NCBI GenBank assembly: GCA_037445735.1
Contig: JBBIJY010000008.1
Location: 32,001-96,000, forward strand
From: Armatimonadota bacterium
Lineage (GTDB): Bacteria; Armatimonadota; Fimbriimonadia; Fimbriimonadales; GBS-DC
Reading direction: 5' to 3'
DNA length: 64,000 nucleotides
This document shows positions 28,424 through 37,008 of this stretch, in pieces (the first letter of the stretch is position 1; each line of letters begins with the position of its first letter). The position numbers and the translations under genes were made by a program. Under the pieces are notes generated by a model. The model worked only from the letters and a program-made list of their open reading frames with translations, did not search any database and was not told the origin of the DNA.

Positions 28424-28474
28424 GCAGGAATCGGCGCGAAAGTGGGGTATAATAGAGGTGTTGAAACGCTTCAA
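28424..28474 (+). promoter_or_regulatory. Promoter plus operator TTGAAACGCTTCAA
   Basis: GCAGGAATCG-N9-GTGGGGTATAATAGA, then near-palindrome; matches 13654-13706. Confidence 0.75.
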
Positions 28475-28518
28475 AGATGGGGCGGTTCAACACATCCCTG
28501 AAACGGAGGAATGTTGCG

Positions 28519-29694
28519 ATGAGGCTGAATCGATGGCTTCTGGGTTTGATACTGGGCGCGTTCTGGGTTAGCCCCGCGCCCGCGCAGGTCGTGTTCTCGT
28601 TTGAAACTCCCGATCTGCACGGCTATGCCGATGATGCCGATCCGTCCGACTATTGTGATGCCGTCGGCTGGGAGAACTGCTGGCAAATCTTTCAGGCGAC
28701 TCAGGGTGTCACCGACGGCAACTACTCGATGGGTGTGAAGTGGCCGGGTGGTTTCCGCTGGCTGATCAGCAGCAGCGTGCCGGAGATTCTGCCCCTGCTT
28801 CGAACCGAGCAGCGCCTGCTGGTGGACATCACCGTGCCGGCTGGTGTGTCTGTGCCGTGGGCGAACTTCATCGTTTCGTTCAACGATGGTCAGCTGGGCT
28901 GGCGCCAGACAAACTGCAATCAGGCAACGATTCCACGCAATCCTGGCACCTACACGGTCATGATCGACACGCGCTCGCTGGCGCTGCCCTCCACTGATTA
29001 CAGCGGCTGGTTCCAGTTCAATCTGGGTCTGAACGCGGGTGGGCGCCACGAGATTTATATGGACAATCTGCGCCTGTTTGACGACTCGCGCACGCAGGTG
29101 GCGTTCCGCTTCGACAGCGACACGCAGGGCTTCAGCTCCAGCGGCGCCAGTGTGAGCTGGGACAACGGCGCGATGCGGGTTCAGTGGGGCGGTGGCTTTA
29201 ACTGGATCACGGGCGGCTCCACCCCCGATCTCGTCTCACTGATTCGACGCGGGCACATCCTGGTGATGGACATCACGGTGCCATCGGGCGTCTCGGTGCC
29301 ATGGGCGAACATGATTATCTCCTTCAATGACCCGTCGGGCTGGCGGCAGACCGTTAACCCGATCGAACTGCCTGTGTGTGCGGGCAGTTTCAGCCTCGCG
29401 GTGGACTATCGGGAGCTGGCGTTGCCCGCAGCGGACGCGCCCTGGTTCCAGCTCAATCTGGGCATCAATGCTGGCGCGGCACACACGATTCTTATCGATA
29501 ACATCCGCGTGCTGGTGGAGGCGGTGCCCGGCGATGTGGACGGCAACGGCTGCGTGGACGACGCCGACCTGCTGGCGGTGCTGTTCGCGTTTGGCTGCAG
29601 CAGCCAGTGTGGTGCCGAGGATGTGAACGGCGACGGCGTGGTGGATGATGCCGATCTGCTGACTGTGCTGTTCAACTTCGGACAGGGCTGTTAA
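28519..29694 (+). CDS. Secreted protein with two tandem beta-sandwich-like repeats and GC-ending dockerin-like domain
   Basis: DITVP.GVSVPWAN..SFND..GWRQT..WFQ.NLG.NAG..DN.R twice; GDVDGNGCVDDADLL..FGQGC. Confidence 0.88.
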   Translation: MRLNRWLLGLILGAFWVSPAPAQVVFSFETPDLHGYADDADPSDYCDAVGWENCWQIFQATQGVTDGNYSMGVKWPGGFRWLISSSVPEILPLLRTEQRLLVDITVPAGVSVPWANFIVSFNDGQLGWRQTNCNQATIPRNPGTYTVMIDTRSLALPSTDYSGWFQFNLGLNAGGRHEIYMDNLRLFDDSRTQVAFRFDSDTQGFSSSGASVSWDNGAMRVQWGGGFNWITGGSTPDLVSLIRRGHILVMDITVPSGVSVPWANMIISFNDPSGWRQTVNPIELPVCAGSFSLAVDYRELALPAADAPWFQLNLGINAGAAHTILIDNIRVLVEAVPGDVDGNGCVDDADLLAVLFAFGCSSQCGAEDVNGDGVVDDADLLTVLFNFGQGC

Positions 29695-29741
29695 GCCCTC
29701 ACTCCCATACCCCCCTCGCCCATGCGATGGGCGAGGGGGGG
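29695..29741. repeat. Family A variant hairpin between convergent genes (possible bidirectional terminator)
   Basis: GCCCTCAC, then CCCCCCTCGCCCAT-gcg-ATGGGCGAGGGGGG. Confidence 0.75.
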
Positions 29742-29777
29742 TCAATTGTCAGCCGCGCGATAACCCCGACAGCCTGC

Positions 29778-31160
29778 CTATGCCTTCTTCAGCGCGGTGA
29801 CGATATCGGTAACCACCTTTTTAGCATCGCCGAAGACCATCATGGTGTGCGGCAGATAGAACAGCTCATTATCCACGCCGGCGAAGCCTGCCGCCAGGCT
29901 GCGCTTGATGAACACCACGGTACGGGCTTTGTCCACATCCAGAATCGGCATGCCGTACAGGGGTGAATCGGGTCTGGTGCGTGCGGCGGGGTTCGTGATG
30001 TCGTTCGCGCCCACCACAATCGCCACATCGCATTCGGGGAACAGCAGGTTCGCCTCGTCCATCTCCAGCAGCTGATCGTACGCGACCTGCGCCTCCGCCA
30101 GCAGCACATTCATATGCCCTGGCATGCGCCCCGCAACGGGGTGAATCGCATATTTGACCGTCACGCCGCGCGCCTCCAGCACATCCTGCAGTTCCTTCAC
30201 GGCATGCTGTGCCTGTGCAGCAGCCATCCCATAGCCGGGCACGATCATCACCAGCCGTGCGCCCTCCAGGATGGCAGCCACATCGTCGGGGCTATAGGCA
30301 ACCACCGTGCGCGCTTCGCCACCCGCTGCGCCAGCTGCTGGCATCGGCGCGCCCACACCCCCAAACAGCACATTGGTGAAGGAGCGGTTCATCGCCTTGC
30401 ACATCAGCATCGCCAGAATGAAGCCCGACGAGCCGTCCAGCGTGCCCGCCACAATCAGCAGTTTATTGTTCAGCACGAAGCCCAGCGCGGCTGCCGATAG
30501 ACCCGCGTAAGAGTTCAGGATCGCGATCACCGTTGGCATGTCCGCGCCGCCGATGCCCATCACCAGCAGGAAGCCGAACAGCAGCGCCGCTATAATCATC
30601 ACCGGCAGCAGGGCGCTCTGTGTGGGGTCAACCACCAGCGCGATCCCTGACAGCACCGCCACGCCCAGCACCAGCAGACTCACAAAGTTGCGCCCTGGAT
30701 AGATGAGCGGCTTGCCCGAGATCAGCTCCTGCAGCTTGGCGAACGCGATACAGCTCCCTGTGAAGGTGAGATAGCCCAGAATCATCTCCGATGCCAGCAC
30801 CGCCATCGTGAAGCGGTCGATATCGGGATAGAGTTGATAATATTTGGCGGTGCCGACGAGCGCGACCGCCAGCGAGCCGAAGGCGTGCGACATGGCAGTT
30901 CGCTGGGGCACGGCGGTCATCGGCAGCTTGAGCGCGATCGGGATACCGATAATCGCGCCCACAAGCACCGCGCCCATCAGCAGGTCATAACGCTCGACAC
31001 GGTGTGCTAGCAGGGTGGCAACAATCGCGATCAGCATGCCTGCACTGCCCGCCCAGTTGCCCCAGCGAGCCGTGCGCACCTCGCTCATCGCCTTCAGCGA
31101 CAGCACGAACAGCACCGCCGCCAGCACATAGAGCAGCTGAACCAGCACCTCCATGCTCAT
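29778..31160 (-). CDS. pntB: NAD(P) transhydrogenase subunit beta
   Basis: GGADMP, NSYAG, MCKAMNRS, HPVAGRMPGHMNVLLAEA. Confidence 0.97.
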   Translation of the reverse strand: MSMEVLVQLLYVLAAVLFVLSLKAMSEVRTARWGNWAGSAGMLIAIVATLLAHRVERYDLLMGAVLVGAIIGIPIALKLPMTAVPQRTAMSHAFGSLAVALVGTAKYYQLYPDIDRFTMAVLASEMILGYLTFTGSCIAFAKLQELISGKPLIYPGRNFVSLLVLGVAVLSGIALVVDPTQSALLPVMIIAALLFGFLLVMGIGGADMPTVIAILNSYAGLSAAALGFVLNNKLLIVAGTLDGSSGFILAMLMCKAMNRSFTNVLFGGVGAPMPAAGAAGGEARTVVAYSPDDVAAILEGARLVMIVPGYGMAAAQAQHAVKELQDVLEARGVTVKYAIHPVAGRMPGHMNVLLAEAQVAYDQLLEMDEANLLFPECDVAIVVGANDITNPAARTRPDSPLYGMPILDVDKARTVVFIKRSLAAGFAGVDNELFYLPHTMMVFGDAKKVVTDIVTALKKA

Positions 31161-31480
31161 TCGCGCTCACCACCTTTACGCCGTCGAAACATCAGCAGAA
31201 TGCGCTCGGTGATCATGAAGCCACTAATCACATTCGACATCGCCAGCGCGACGGCGATCACCGCCAGCCACAGGATGAAGCTGTTTCTGGGGTTCGCCAG
31301 CACAATCAGCGCCGCCACCACTGACACGGATGAGATGGCGTTCGTGAGCGACATCAGCGGCGTGTGCAACAGGCGCGACACATGGCGAATCAGCTCCAGT
31401 CCCAGAAAGCTCGCCAGCAGAAAGATGAGCAGGTTTACGAGAATGTCCTGCATGGTCAGCGTGGCATGCTCAGCGGGCAT
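31157..31480 (-). CDS. pntA: NAD(P) transhydrogenase subunit alpha, part 2 (membrane)
   Basis: LHTPLMSLTNAIS; GFMITERILLMF. Confidence 0.93.
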   Translation of the reverse strand: MPAEHATLTMQDILVNLLIFLLASFLGLELIRHVSRLLHTPLMSLTNAISSVSVVAALIVLANPRNSFILWLAVIAVALAMSNVISGFMITERILLMFRRRKGGERE

Positions 31481-32645
31481 TCGGTTCACCTCCTGACGGT
31501 GGGTTGGCACCGAGTTTCTCCTTCACACGCGGATGCACCACCTCGCCCTGATGGGTCACGAGCGTGCTGCGCGTGATCTCATCGTCCAGATTGAGCTGTC
31601 CCTCTCTGAACAGCAGGTTGAGGAAGTTGGTGAGGTTGCGGCTGTAGAGCTGGCTGGCGTGATGGGGGATGGTGGCGGCGAGATTAACGGCGCCCACAAT
31701 CGTCACGCCATTTTCGGTGATGGACTCGCCCGCGCGGGTGAGTTCGCAGTTGCCGCCCCATTCGGCGGCAAGGTCAATAATCACCGAGCCGGGTCGCATG
31801 GTGCGCACCATCTCGCGGGTGATCAGCAGCGGTGCGCGTGCACCGGGCACCGCGGCGGTGGTGATGACCACATCGTTGCGGGCGATGACGGATGTCAGCA
31901 GTTGCTGCTGGCGCCGATAGAAGGCTTCGTCGAAGGCTCTGGCGTAGCCAGTGGCTTCCTGCGCCTCCTCGCTCTCCAGCCCCAGCGTGACGAATCGGGC
32001 GCCCAGGCTTTCGGCTTCCTGTCGGGCAGCGGGGCGGATATCGTAGGCTTCAACGACGGCGCCCAGTCGGCGCGCGGTGGCAATCGCCTGTAAGCCTGCC
32101 ACACCTGCGCCTATTACGAACACACGCGCGGGCTGAATCGTGCCTGCCGCCGTCATCATCAGCGGAAACATTCTGGGCAGTATGTTCGCCGCGAGCAGCA
32201 CCGCCTTGTAGCCCGCAATCGTCGCCATCGAGGAAAGCACATCCATGCTCTGGGCACGACTGATGCGGGGCATCAGCTCCAGCGCGAACGCCGTGACGCC
32301 GCGTTCCGCGAGCTGCCCCATCACCGCGGGTTGCCAGAGCGGTTCCATCAAGCCAACCAGAATCTGTCCGCGGCGCAGCAGGGGCAGGTCGTCTGCGAAC
32401 TGCGGGTTGGCGCCTGCCGTGCGCACCTGTACGATAATCTCAGCGCGAGCGAACAGCTCAACACGCTGGCTGATAATTTGAGCGCCGCTGTCCTGATATT
32501 CGGCATCGGGGAAGCCCGCCGCTTCGCCTGCGCCCGATTCGATCAGCACTTCGAAGCCCGCTTTGTGCAGCGTGGGTAGCAGGGCGGGGATCAGCGCCAC
32601 GCGCTGCTCGTTCGGATAGGTCTCCTTCGGCACGCCAATTCTCAT
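31470..32645 (-). CDS. pntA: NAD(P) transhydrogenase subunit alpha, part 1
   Basis: MRIGVPKET, RISRAQSMDVLSS, GAGVAGLQA. Confidence 0.96.
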   Translation of the reverse strand: MRIGVPKETYPNEQRVALIPALLPTLHKAGFEVLIESGAGEAAGFPDAEYQDSGAQIISQRVELFARAEIIVQVRTAGANPQFADDLPLLRRGQILVGLMEPLWQPAVMGQLAERGVTAFALELMPRISRAQSMDVLSSMATIAGYKAVLLAANILPRMFPLMMTAAGTIQPARVFVIGAGVAGLQAIATARRLGAVVEAYDIRPAARQEAESLGARFVTLGLESEEAQEATGYARAFDEAFYRRQQQLLTSVIARNDVVITTAAVPGARAPLLITREMVRTMRPGSVIIDLAAEWGGNCELTRAGESITENGVTIVGAVNLAATIPHHASQLYSRNLTNFLNLLFREGQLNLDDEITRSTLVTHQGEVVHPRVKEKLGANPPSGGEPNAR

Positions 32646-32759
32646 TGCTCCAGCCCTCCCTCGGTCTGTATTAGCCCGCGTGCGGATATACGCCCATAAC
32701 CCAATTTTCGACCTGTTCTCACTGCTCCCTGTCCTGGCAGCATGGGTACAATCAACATC

Positions 32760-33467
32760 GTGAGTATACCCCGCTGGTTGAAGGTGGCACTGGGTGCTGG
32801 AGCGGTGGTGGCGGGGGCGAACTGGTTTTTGCGGCGCGTCTGGTTCTATCGCGACCCGCAGCGTGTTCCGCCCGCTGACCCGACGCTCATTCTCGCGCCG
32901 TGCGACGGTAAGGTGGTCTACATTCGCCTGGTGGTGCAGGGCGAGGTGTTCGCCGAAAAGCTGGGGCGCACCATCCCCATCCGCGAGATCACCCGCGCCG
33001 ACTGGCACGACGCCGATGAGGGCTGGCTCATCGGTATCTATATGAGTCCGCTCGATGTGCATTTCAACTATGCACCGATTGAGGGCACGGTGGAGCGCAT
33101 CATTTACACACCCGCTCGCGCAAACCTGCCGATGCTCGATTTGTGGGAGTATATCCGCATGGCGTGGCTGCGCCGCGCCGTTGACCTGTTGGGCAAACGC
33201 TTCCAGCTGGAGAACGAGCGCCAGACGCTGCTGATTGCTAATGGCACGCTGCGCCTCGCAATGGTCGAAATCGCCGATAAGTTCGTCAATAAAATCACAA
33301 CCTATGTGCAGGAGGGTCAGCGTGTACAGGCGGGTCAGAAGGTGGCGTTCATCGGGCGCGGCAGTCAGGTCGATCTGCTGATGTTCACGCGGCAGGTGGA
33401 GATTCTGACGCGCGTGGGCGCGCAGGTGTATGGTGGCGAGACGCCCGTCGCCCGCCTGATCGGGTAG
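32760..33467 (+). CDS. psd: Phosphatidylserine decarboxylase proenzyme
   Basis: FYRDPQR, APCDGKV, MSPLDVH, NER, RGSQVDL cleavage region; start GTG 32760 or ATG 32742. Confidence 0.85.
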   Translation: MSIPRWLKVALGAGAVVAGANWFLRRVWFYRDPQRVPPADPTLILAPCDGKVVYIRLVVQGEVFAEKLGRTIPIREITRADWHDADEGWLIGIYMSPLDVHFNYAPIEGTVERIIYTPARANLPMLDLWEYIRMAWLRRAVDLLGKRFQLENERQTLLIANGTLRLAMVEIADKFVNKITTYVQEGQRVQAGQKVAFIGRGSQVDLLMFTRQVEILTRVGAQVYGGETPVARLIG

Positions 33468-33471
33468 AGCG

Positions 33472-34329
33472 ATGCTTGTACCGACGCGCTATCTCTGCGT
33501 GGCACGGGCATCCTGCCCGTGTCGGGGAAACGCTGCTGTGGTTCACATCCCGCTGAACGAGCTGGAGTTCCGCCAGCACGAGCTGGCGCCGCGGTGGGTG
33601 GAGATACAGCTGATTGGCACGGGATTGGACGCCTATCACGCGCTGGGCTGGCTGCACGCTCGTGGCAGGCGGGCACGGCTGGTTGATTCTGCTCCCTCAC
33701 CCGTACCCTCTCCCCCGCTGGGGGAGAGGGACCTGGTAGCCCCCTCACCCGTACCCTCTCCCCCGCTGGGGGAGAGGGTTTCAGAAACTCGCCTTCGCTA
33801 TCGCCTCTGGGAGCCGAATGAGTTTCTTCAGCAGGTTGCGCCGTTGCTCAAGGTCGGCGCTGCGCTCGATCTTGGCTGCGGGTCGGGGCGTGAGGCAGTT
33901 TATCTCGCTGAGCGCGGCTGGCAGGTGGTCGCGGTGGATCGCCTGCCCGACGCGCTCCAGCGCGGGCGCGACCTGCAAGCCCGCTATGCACCCGACGCGC
34001 CACCCATCCAGTGGGTCCAGGCTGACCTTGAGGCTGACTGGCAGCCCGCGCAGGCGTTTGAGCTGGTTGTTTGTTGTTTCTTCCTGCACCGCCCGCTGGT
34101 TCAACGCATAGCGGAATGGCTCGAGCCAGGCGGTCATCTGGTGATGGAGTGCTTCACGACGGTTCATCGGAACCATTTCGGGCGACCGGCGTCGGATAAG
34201 CGCGTGGTTCAGCCTGACGAGCTGCCCGCGTTGCTGCCGCCTGCCATGCAGGTGCGCCACTACGCTGCAGGCTGGCACACGCGCGGGCACACCGCTCGCC
34301 TGTGGGCAACGCGCTCAGGTACACTCTGA
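33472..34329 (+). CDS. Class I SAM methyltransferase (TehB-like) with degenerate rhodanese-like N-terminus and two repeat insertions
   Basis: ALDLGCGSGREA, LEPGG; HIPL.EL..R.HEL. Confidence 0.85.
   Translation: MLVPTRYLCVARASCPCRGNAAVVHIPLNELEFRQHELAPRWVEIQLIGTGLDAYHALGWLHARGRRARLVDSAPSPVPSPPLGERDLVAPSPVPSPPLGERVSETRLRYRLWEPNEFLQQVAPLLKVGAALDLGCGSGREAVYLAERGWQVVAVDRLPDALQRGRDLQARYAPDAPPIQWVQADLEADWQPAQAFELVVCCFFLHRPLVQRIAEWLEPGGHLVMECFTTVHRNHFGRPASDKRVVQPDELPALLPPAMQVRHYAAGWHTRGHTARLWATRSGTL
33499..33521 (+). repeat. Family B REP-like hairpin inside methyltransferase ORF
   Basis: GTGGCACGGGCATCCTGCCCGTG, encodes VARASCP. Confidence 0.75.
33691..33778. repeat. Two tandem family A units with 48-bp period, in frame
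   Basis: APSPVPSPPLGER encoded twice. Confidence 0.95.
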
Positions 34330-34334
34330 AAAAC

Positions 34335-35222
34335 ATGCGACTGGGCATCTTCGGGGACTGGTTGAAGCGCGTGGGCGCGGCGCTGACACGGCGCGGCGTG
34401 GACGAGGAGCTGCTCGCCGAGCTGGAAGAGACGCTGATTGCCGCCGATGTGAATGTGTACGCGGTGGAGCAGCTCATCGAGCGGTTGCGGGCGGAGGCGC
34501 GGGCGCACCGCCTGCGCGATCTGGACGGGCTGCGCGCGCTGTTGCGTGATACCCTGCGCGAGTGGCTCGGCGCACCAGAACCGTTGCGTGAACATCCCAC
34601 ACCACCCACGCTCTATCTGTTTGTGGGCGTGAACGGCGTCGGCAAGACCACCTCCATCGCCAAAGTCGGCGCGATGCTCCAGCGCCAGGGCAGGCGTGTG
34701 CTGCTGGCGGCAGGCGACACCTTCCGCGCCGCCGCGATTGACCAGCTGCAAATCTGGGCGGAGCGGCTCGGCGCCGATATCGTTAAGCATCGCGAAGGCG
34801 CAGACCCGTCCGCCGTCGTGTTCGACGCGATTCAGGCAGCCTGCGCGCGCGGCATCGACTTCGTGCTGGCAGACACCGCAGGACGCCAGCACACCCACAC
34901 GCGCCTGATGGAGGAGCTGAAAAAGATTTATCGCGTATCGGAAAAGGCGCTGGGTCGACCAGCAGACGAGGTGCTGCTGGTGATCGACGCCGTCGCGGGT
35001 CAGAACGCCATTCGGCAGGCAGAGGAGTTCGCCCGTGCCCTGCCCATCACCGGCATCATCCTTGCCAAACTGGACAGCACCAGCCGCGGCGGCGCGGTGC
35101 TGACCATCCGCCAGCAACTTGGCATCCCCATCAAACTCGTCGGCACAGGCGAAAAAGCGGAGCATATCCAGCCGTTTGACCCCGACACTTTTATTGAGGG
35201 TCTGCTCACTCCGGGAGAGTAA
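34335..35222 (+). CDS. ftsY: SRP receptor FtsY (NG domain only)
   Basis: [26 protein letters not shown]. Confidence 0.96.
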   Translation: MRLGIFGDWLKRVGAALTRRGVDEELLAELEETLIAADVNVYAVEQLIERLRAEARAHRLRDLDGLRALLRDTLREWLGAPEPLREHPTPPTLYLFVGVNGVGKTTSIAKVGAMLQRQGRRVLLAAGDTFRAAAIDQLQIWAERLGADIVKHREGADPSAVVFDAIQAACARGIDFVLADTAGRQHTHTRLMEELKKIYRVSEKALGRPADEVLLVIDAVAGQNAIRQAEEFARALPITGIILAKLDSTSRGGAVLTIRQQLGIPIKLVGTGEKAEHIQPFDPDTFIEGLLTPGE

Positions 35223-36238
35223 TGAAAATGGCGCAGAATGCAGGCAAGGCGACCAATGTGGTGGTAATAGCGACACGGCGCAGCCCCGACTCGGTCAGCA
35301 TCGCTCAGTATTACGCGCAGAAGCGCGGGCTGCCCGCCACGCACCTGTGCCTCATCGACTGTATCCCGCGCGAGGAGGTCTCGCTCACCGACTATCGCGA
35401 CACCATCGAGAAGCCTGTGTATGACCACCTGCAGAAGCACAATCTGGAGCTGAAGGTTGATTTTCTGGTGCTGACCAAAGGCGTGCCGATACGGATTCGC
35501 GAGGGGGGCTTCTCGGTCGATTCGGCGCTGATGTGTGCGCCGCTCAAGTTGCCCTTCCTGCGCGAGCAGGGGCGCGTGCATCAGAATCCCTATTTTGGCG
35601 TGGCGCAGCCGTTCAGCCGCCGCCGATTCGGCTACTATCTGGCAACCCGTCTGGACGGCTATCTGGTTGCGCACATCAAAGCGCTGGTGGATAACAGTTT
35701 GAAGGCGAAGCCTGCGAAGGGCGTCTTCGTGCTGGATATCGACCCGCGCCGCGACAGGGGCGGCTACCGAATGATTAACGATAGCATGCGTCAGGCAGCG
35801 GAGCAGCTCAAAAAGCGCGGGTTTGAGGTGATTCTGGACGAGCGGAACGAGTTTGTGGGGGCGGTGAGCGACATCATGGGCTACTACTCGTGGGGCAGCA
35901 ACGATGGCAGTTTTAATGCGCTCAGCTATCGCAGCTTGCGTTTTCGTCCGGGCGCAATTGCGGAGACCGCCGTTTCGACGAGCGCACGCACTTTCAACTA
36001 CACGCAGGGCGGTCAATCGCTGATTGCGGATTTAATTGCGCAGGGCGTGACGGGCGTGAAGGGCTATGTGTCGGAGCCGTATGCCGTCGCGCTCTGTCGG
36101 GCGCACCTGCTATTTGACCATTACACGCGCGGGCGCAATCTGGCGGAGAGTTTCTGGTCGGCGTCGCCCTTTTTGCAGTGGAAGGATGTGGTGGTGGGCG
36201 ATCCGCTTTGCGCGCCCTACGCGCGAAAATCGCCGTAG
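35222..36238 (+). CDS. TIGR03790-like protein
   Basis: S..IA.YY..KR, YLATRLDG, FRPGAIAETAVSTSARTF, GVTGVKGYVSEP, GDPL. Confidence 0.82.
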   Translation: MKMAQNAGKATNVVVIATRRSPDSVSIAQYYAQKRGLPATHLCLIDCIPREEVSLTDYRDTIEKPVYDHLQKHNLELKVDFLVLTKGVPIRIREGGFSVDSALMCAPLKLPFLREQGRVHQNPYFGVAQPFSRRRFGYYLATRLDGYLVAHIKALVDNSLKAKPAKGVFVLDIDPRRDRGGYRMINDSMRQAAEQLKKRGFEVILDERNEFVGAVSDIMGYYSWGSNDGSFNALSYRSLRFRPGAIAETAVSTSARTFNYTQGGQSLIADLIAQGVTGVKGYVSEPYAVALCRAHLLFDHYTRGRNLAESFWSASPFLQWKDVVVGDPLCAPYARKSP

Positions 36239-36275
36239 CTTTGCCTGCGCCGTCAGGTATGCTTTTGCTGGAGCG

Positions 36276-36989
36276 ATGGGTGTGCGCAAACCGCTGATTG
36301 GCATCAGCTGCAACTGGCGTGCAGAAGAGGACGGCTTTGGGGCACTGCAGATGGACGACGCCTACGCGCGGGCGGTCAGCCGTGCAGGCGGCATACCCGT
36401 GCTAATTCCGACGGGGGCGGACGCCGACGCCCTGGCAGACCAGCTGGATGGGCTGCTGATCCCTGGCGGCGCGGATATCGACCCGCAGCTTTTTGGCGAG
36501 GAGCCGCATCCGACGGTGCGAATCGTGGCACGCCCGCGCTTCGAGATGGAGTGGGCGCTGGTGCGGGCGTTCGAACAGCGGCGCAAGCCGATACTGGGCA
36601 TCTGCTACGGGGCGCAACTGCTGAATGTATGGCGCGGCGGCTCACTCCATCAGCACCTGCCTGATCTGCCGTTCGTGACGCTCAAGCATCGCCGCGAGCC
36701 AGATGAGCCTGCGCTACCCCGCCACCCTGTGCAGCTGGAGCGCGACTCGCGCCTCCATGAGCTGATTGGGCAGGAGCAGTTCGAAATCGTGAGCGCGCAC
36801 CATCAGGCGGTCAAGGCGGTCGGTCGCGGGCTGCGCGTGGTCGCCCACTCGCCTGATGGCGTGATCGAAGCCGTTGAGGATGCGTCGTTGCCCTTCTTCA
36901 TCGGCGTGCAGTGGCATCCTGAACGCGACCCCGATTCACCTGCCACGCACGCGCTGTTCGAAGCCTTCATTCGCGCGGCGGGGGTATAA
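36276..36989 (+). CDS. Peptidase C26 / gamma-glutamyl-GABA hydrolase family
   Basis: PGGADIDP, GICYGAQ, HHQAV, GVQWHPE. Confidence 0.92.
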   Translation: MGVRKPLIGISCNWRAEEDGFGALQMDDAYARAVSRAGGIPVLIPTGADADALADQLDGLLIPGGADIDPQLFGEEPHPTVRIVARPRFEMEWALVRAFEQRRKPILGICYGAQLLNVWRGGSLHQHLPDLPFVTLKHRREPDEPALPRHPVQLERDSRLHELIGQEQFEIVSAHHQAVKAVGRGLRVVAHSPDGVIEAVEDASLPFFIGVQWHPERDPDSPATHALFEAFIRAAGV

Positions 36990-37008
36990 TCCCGATCGGA
37001 GACAAACG

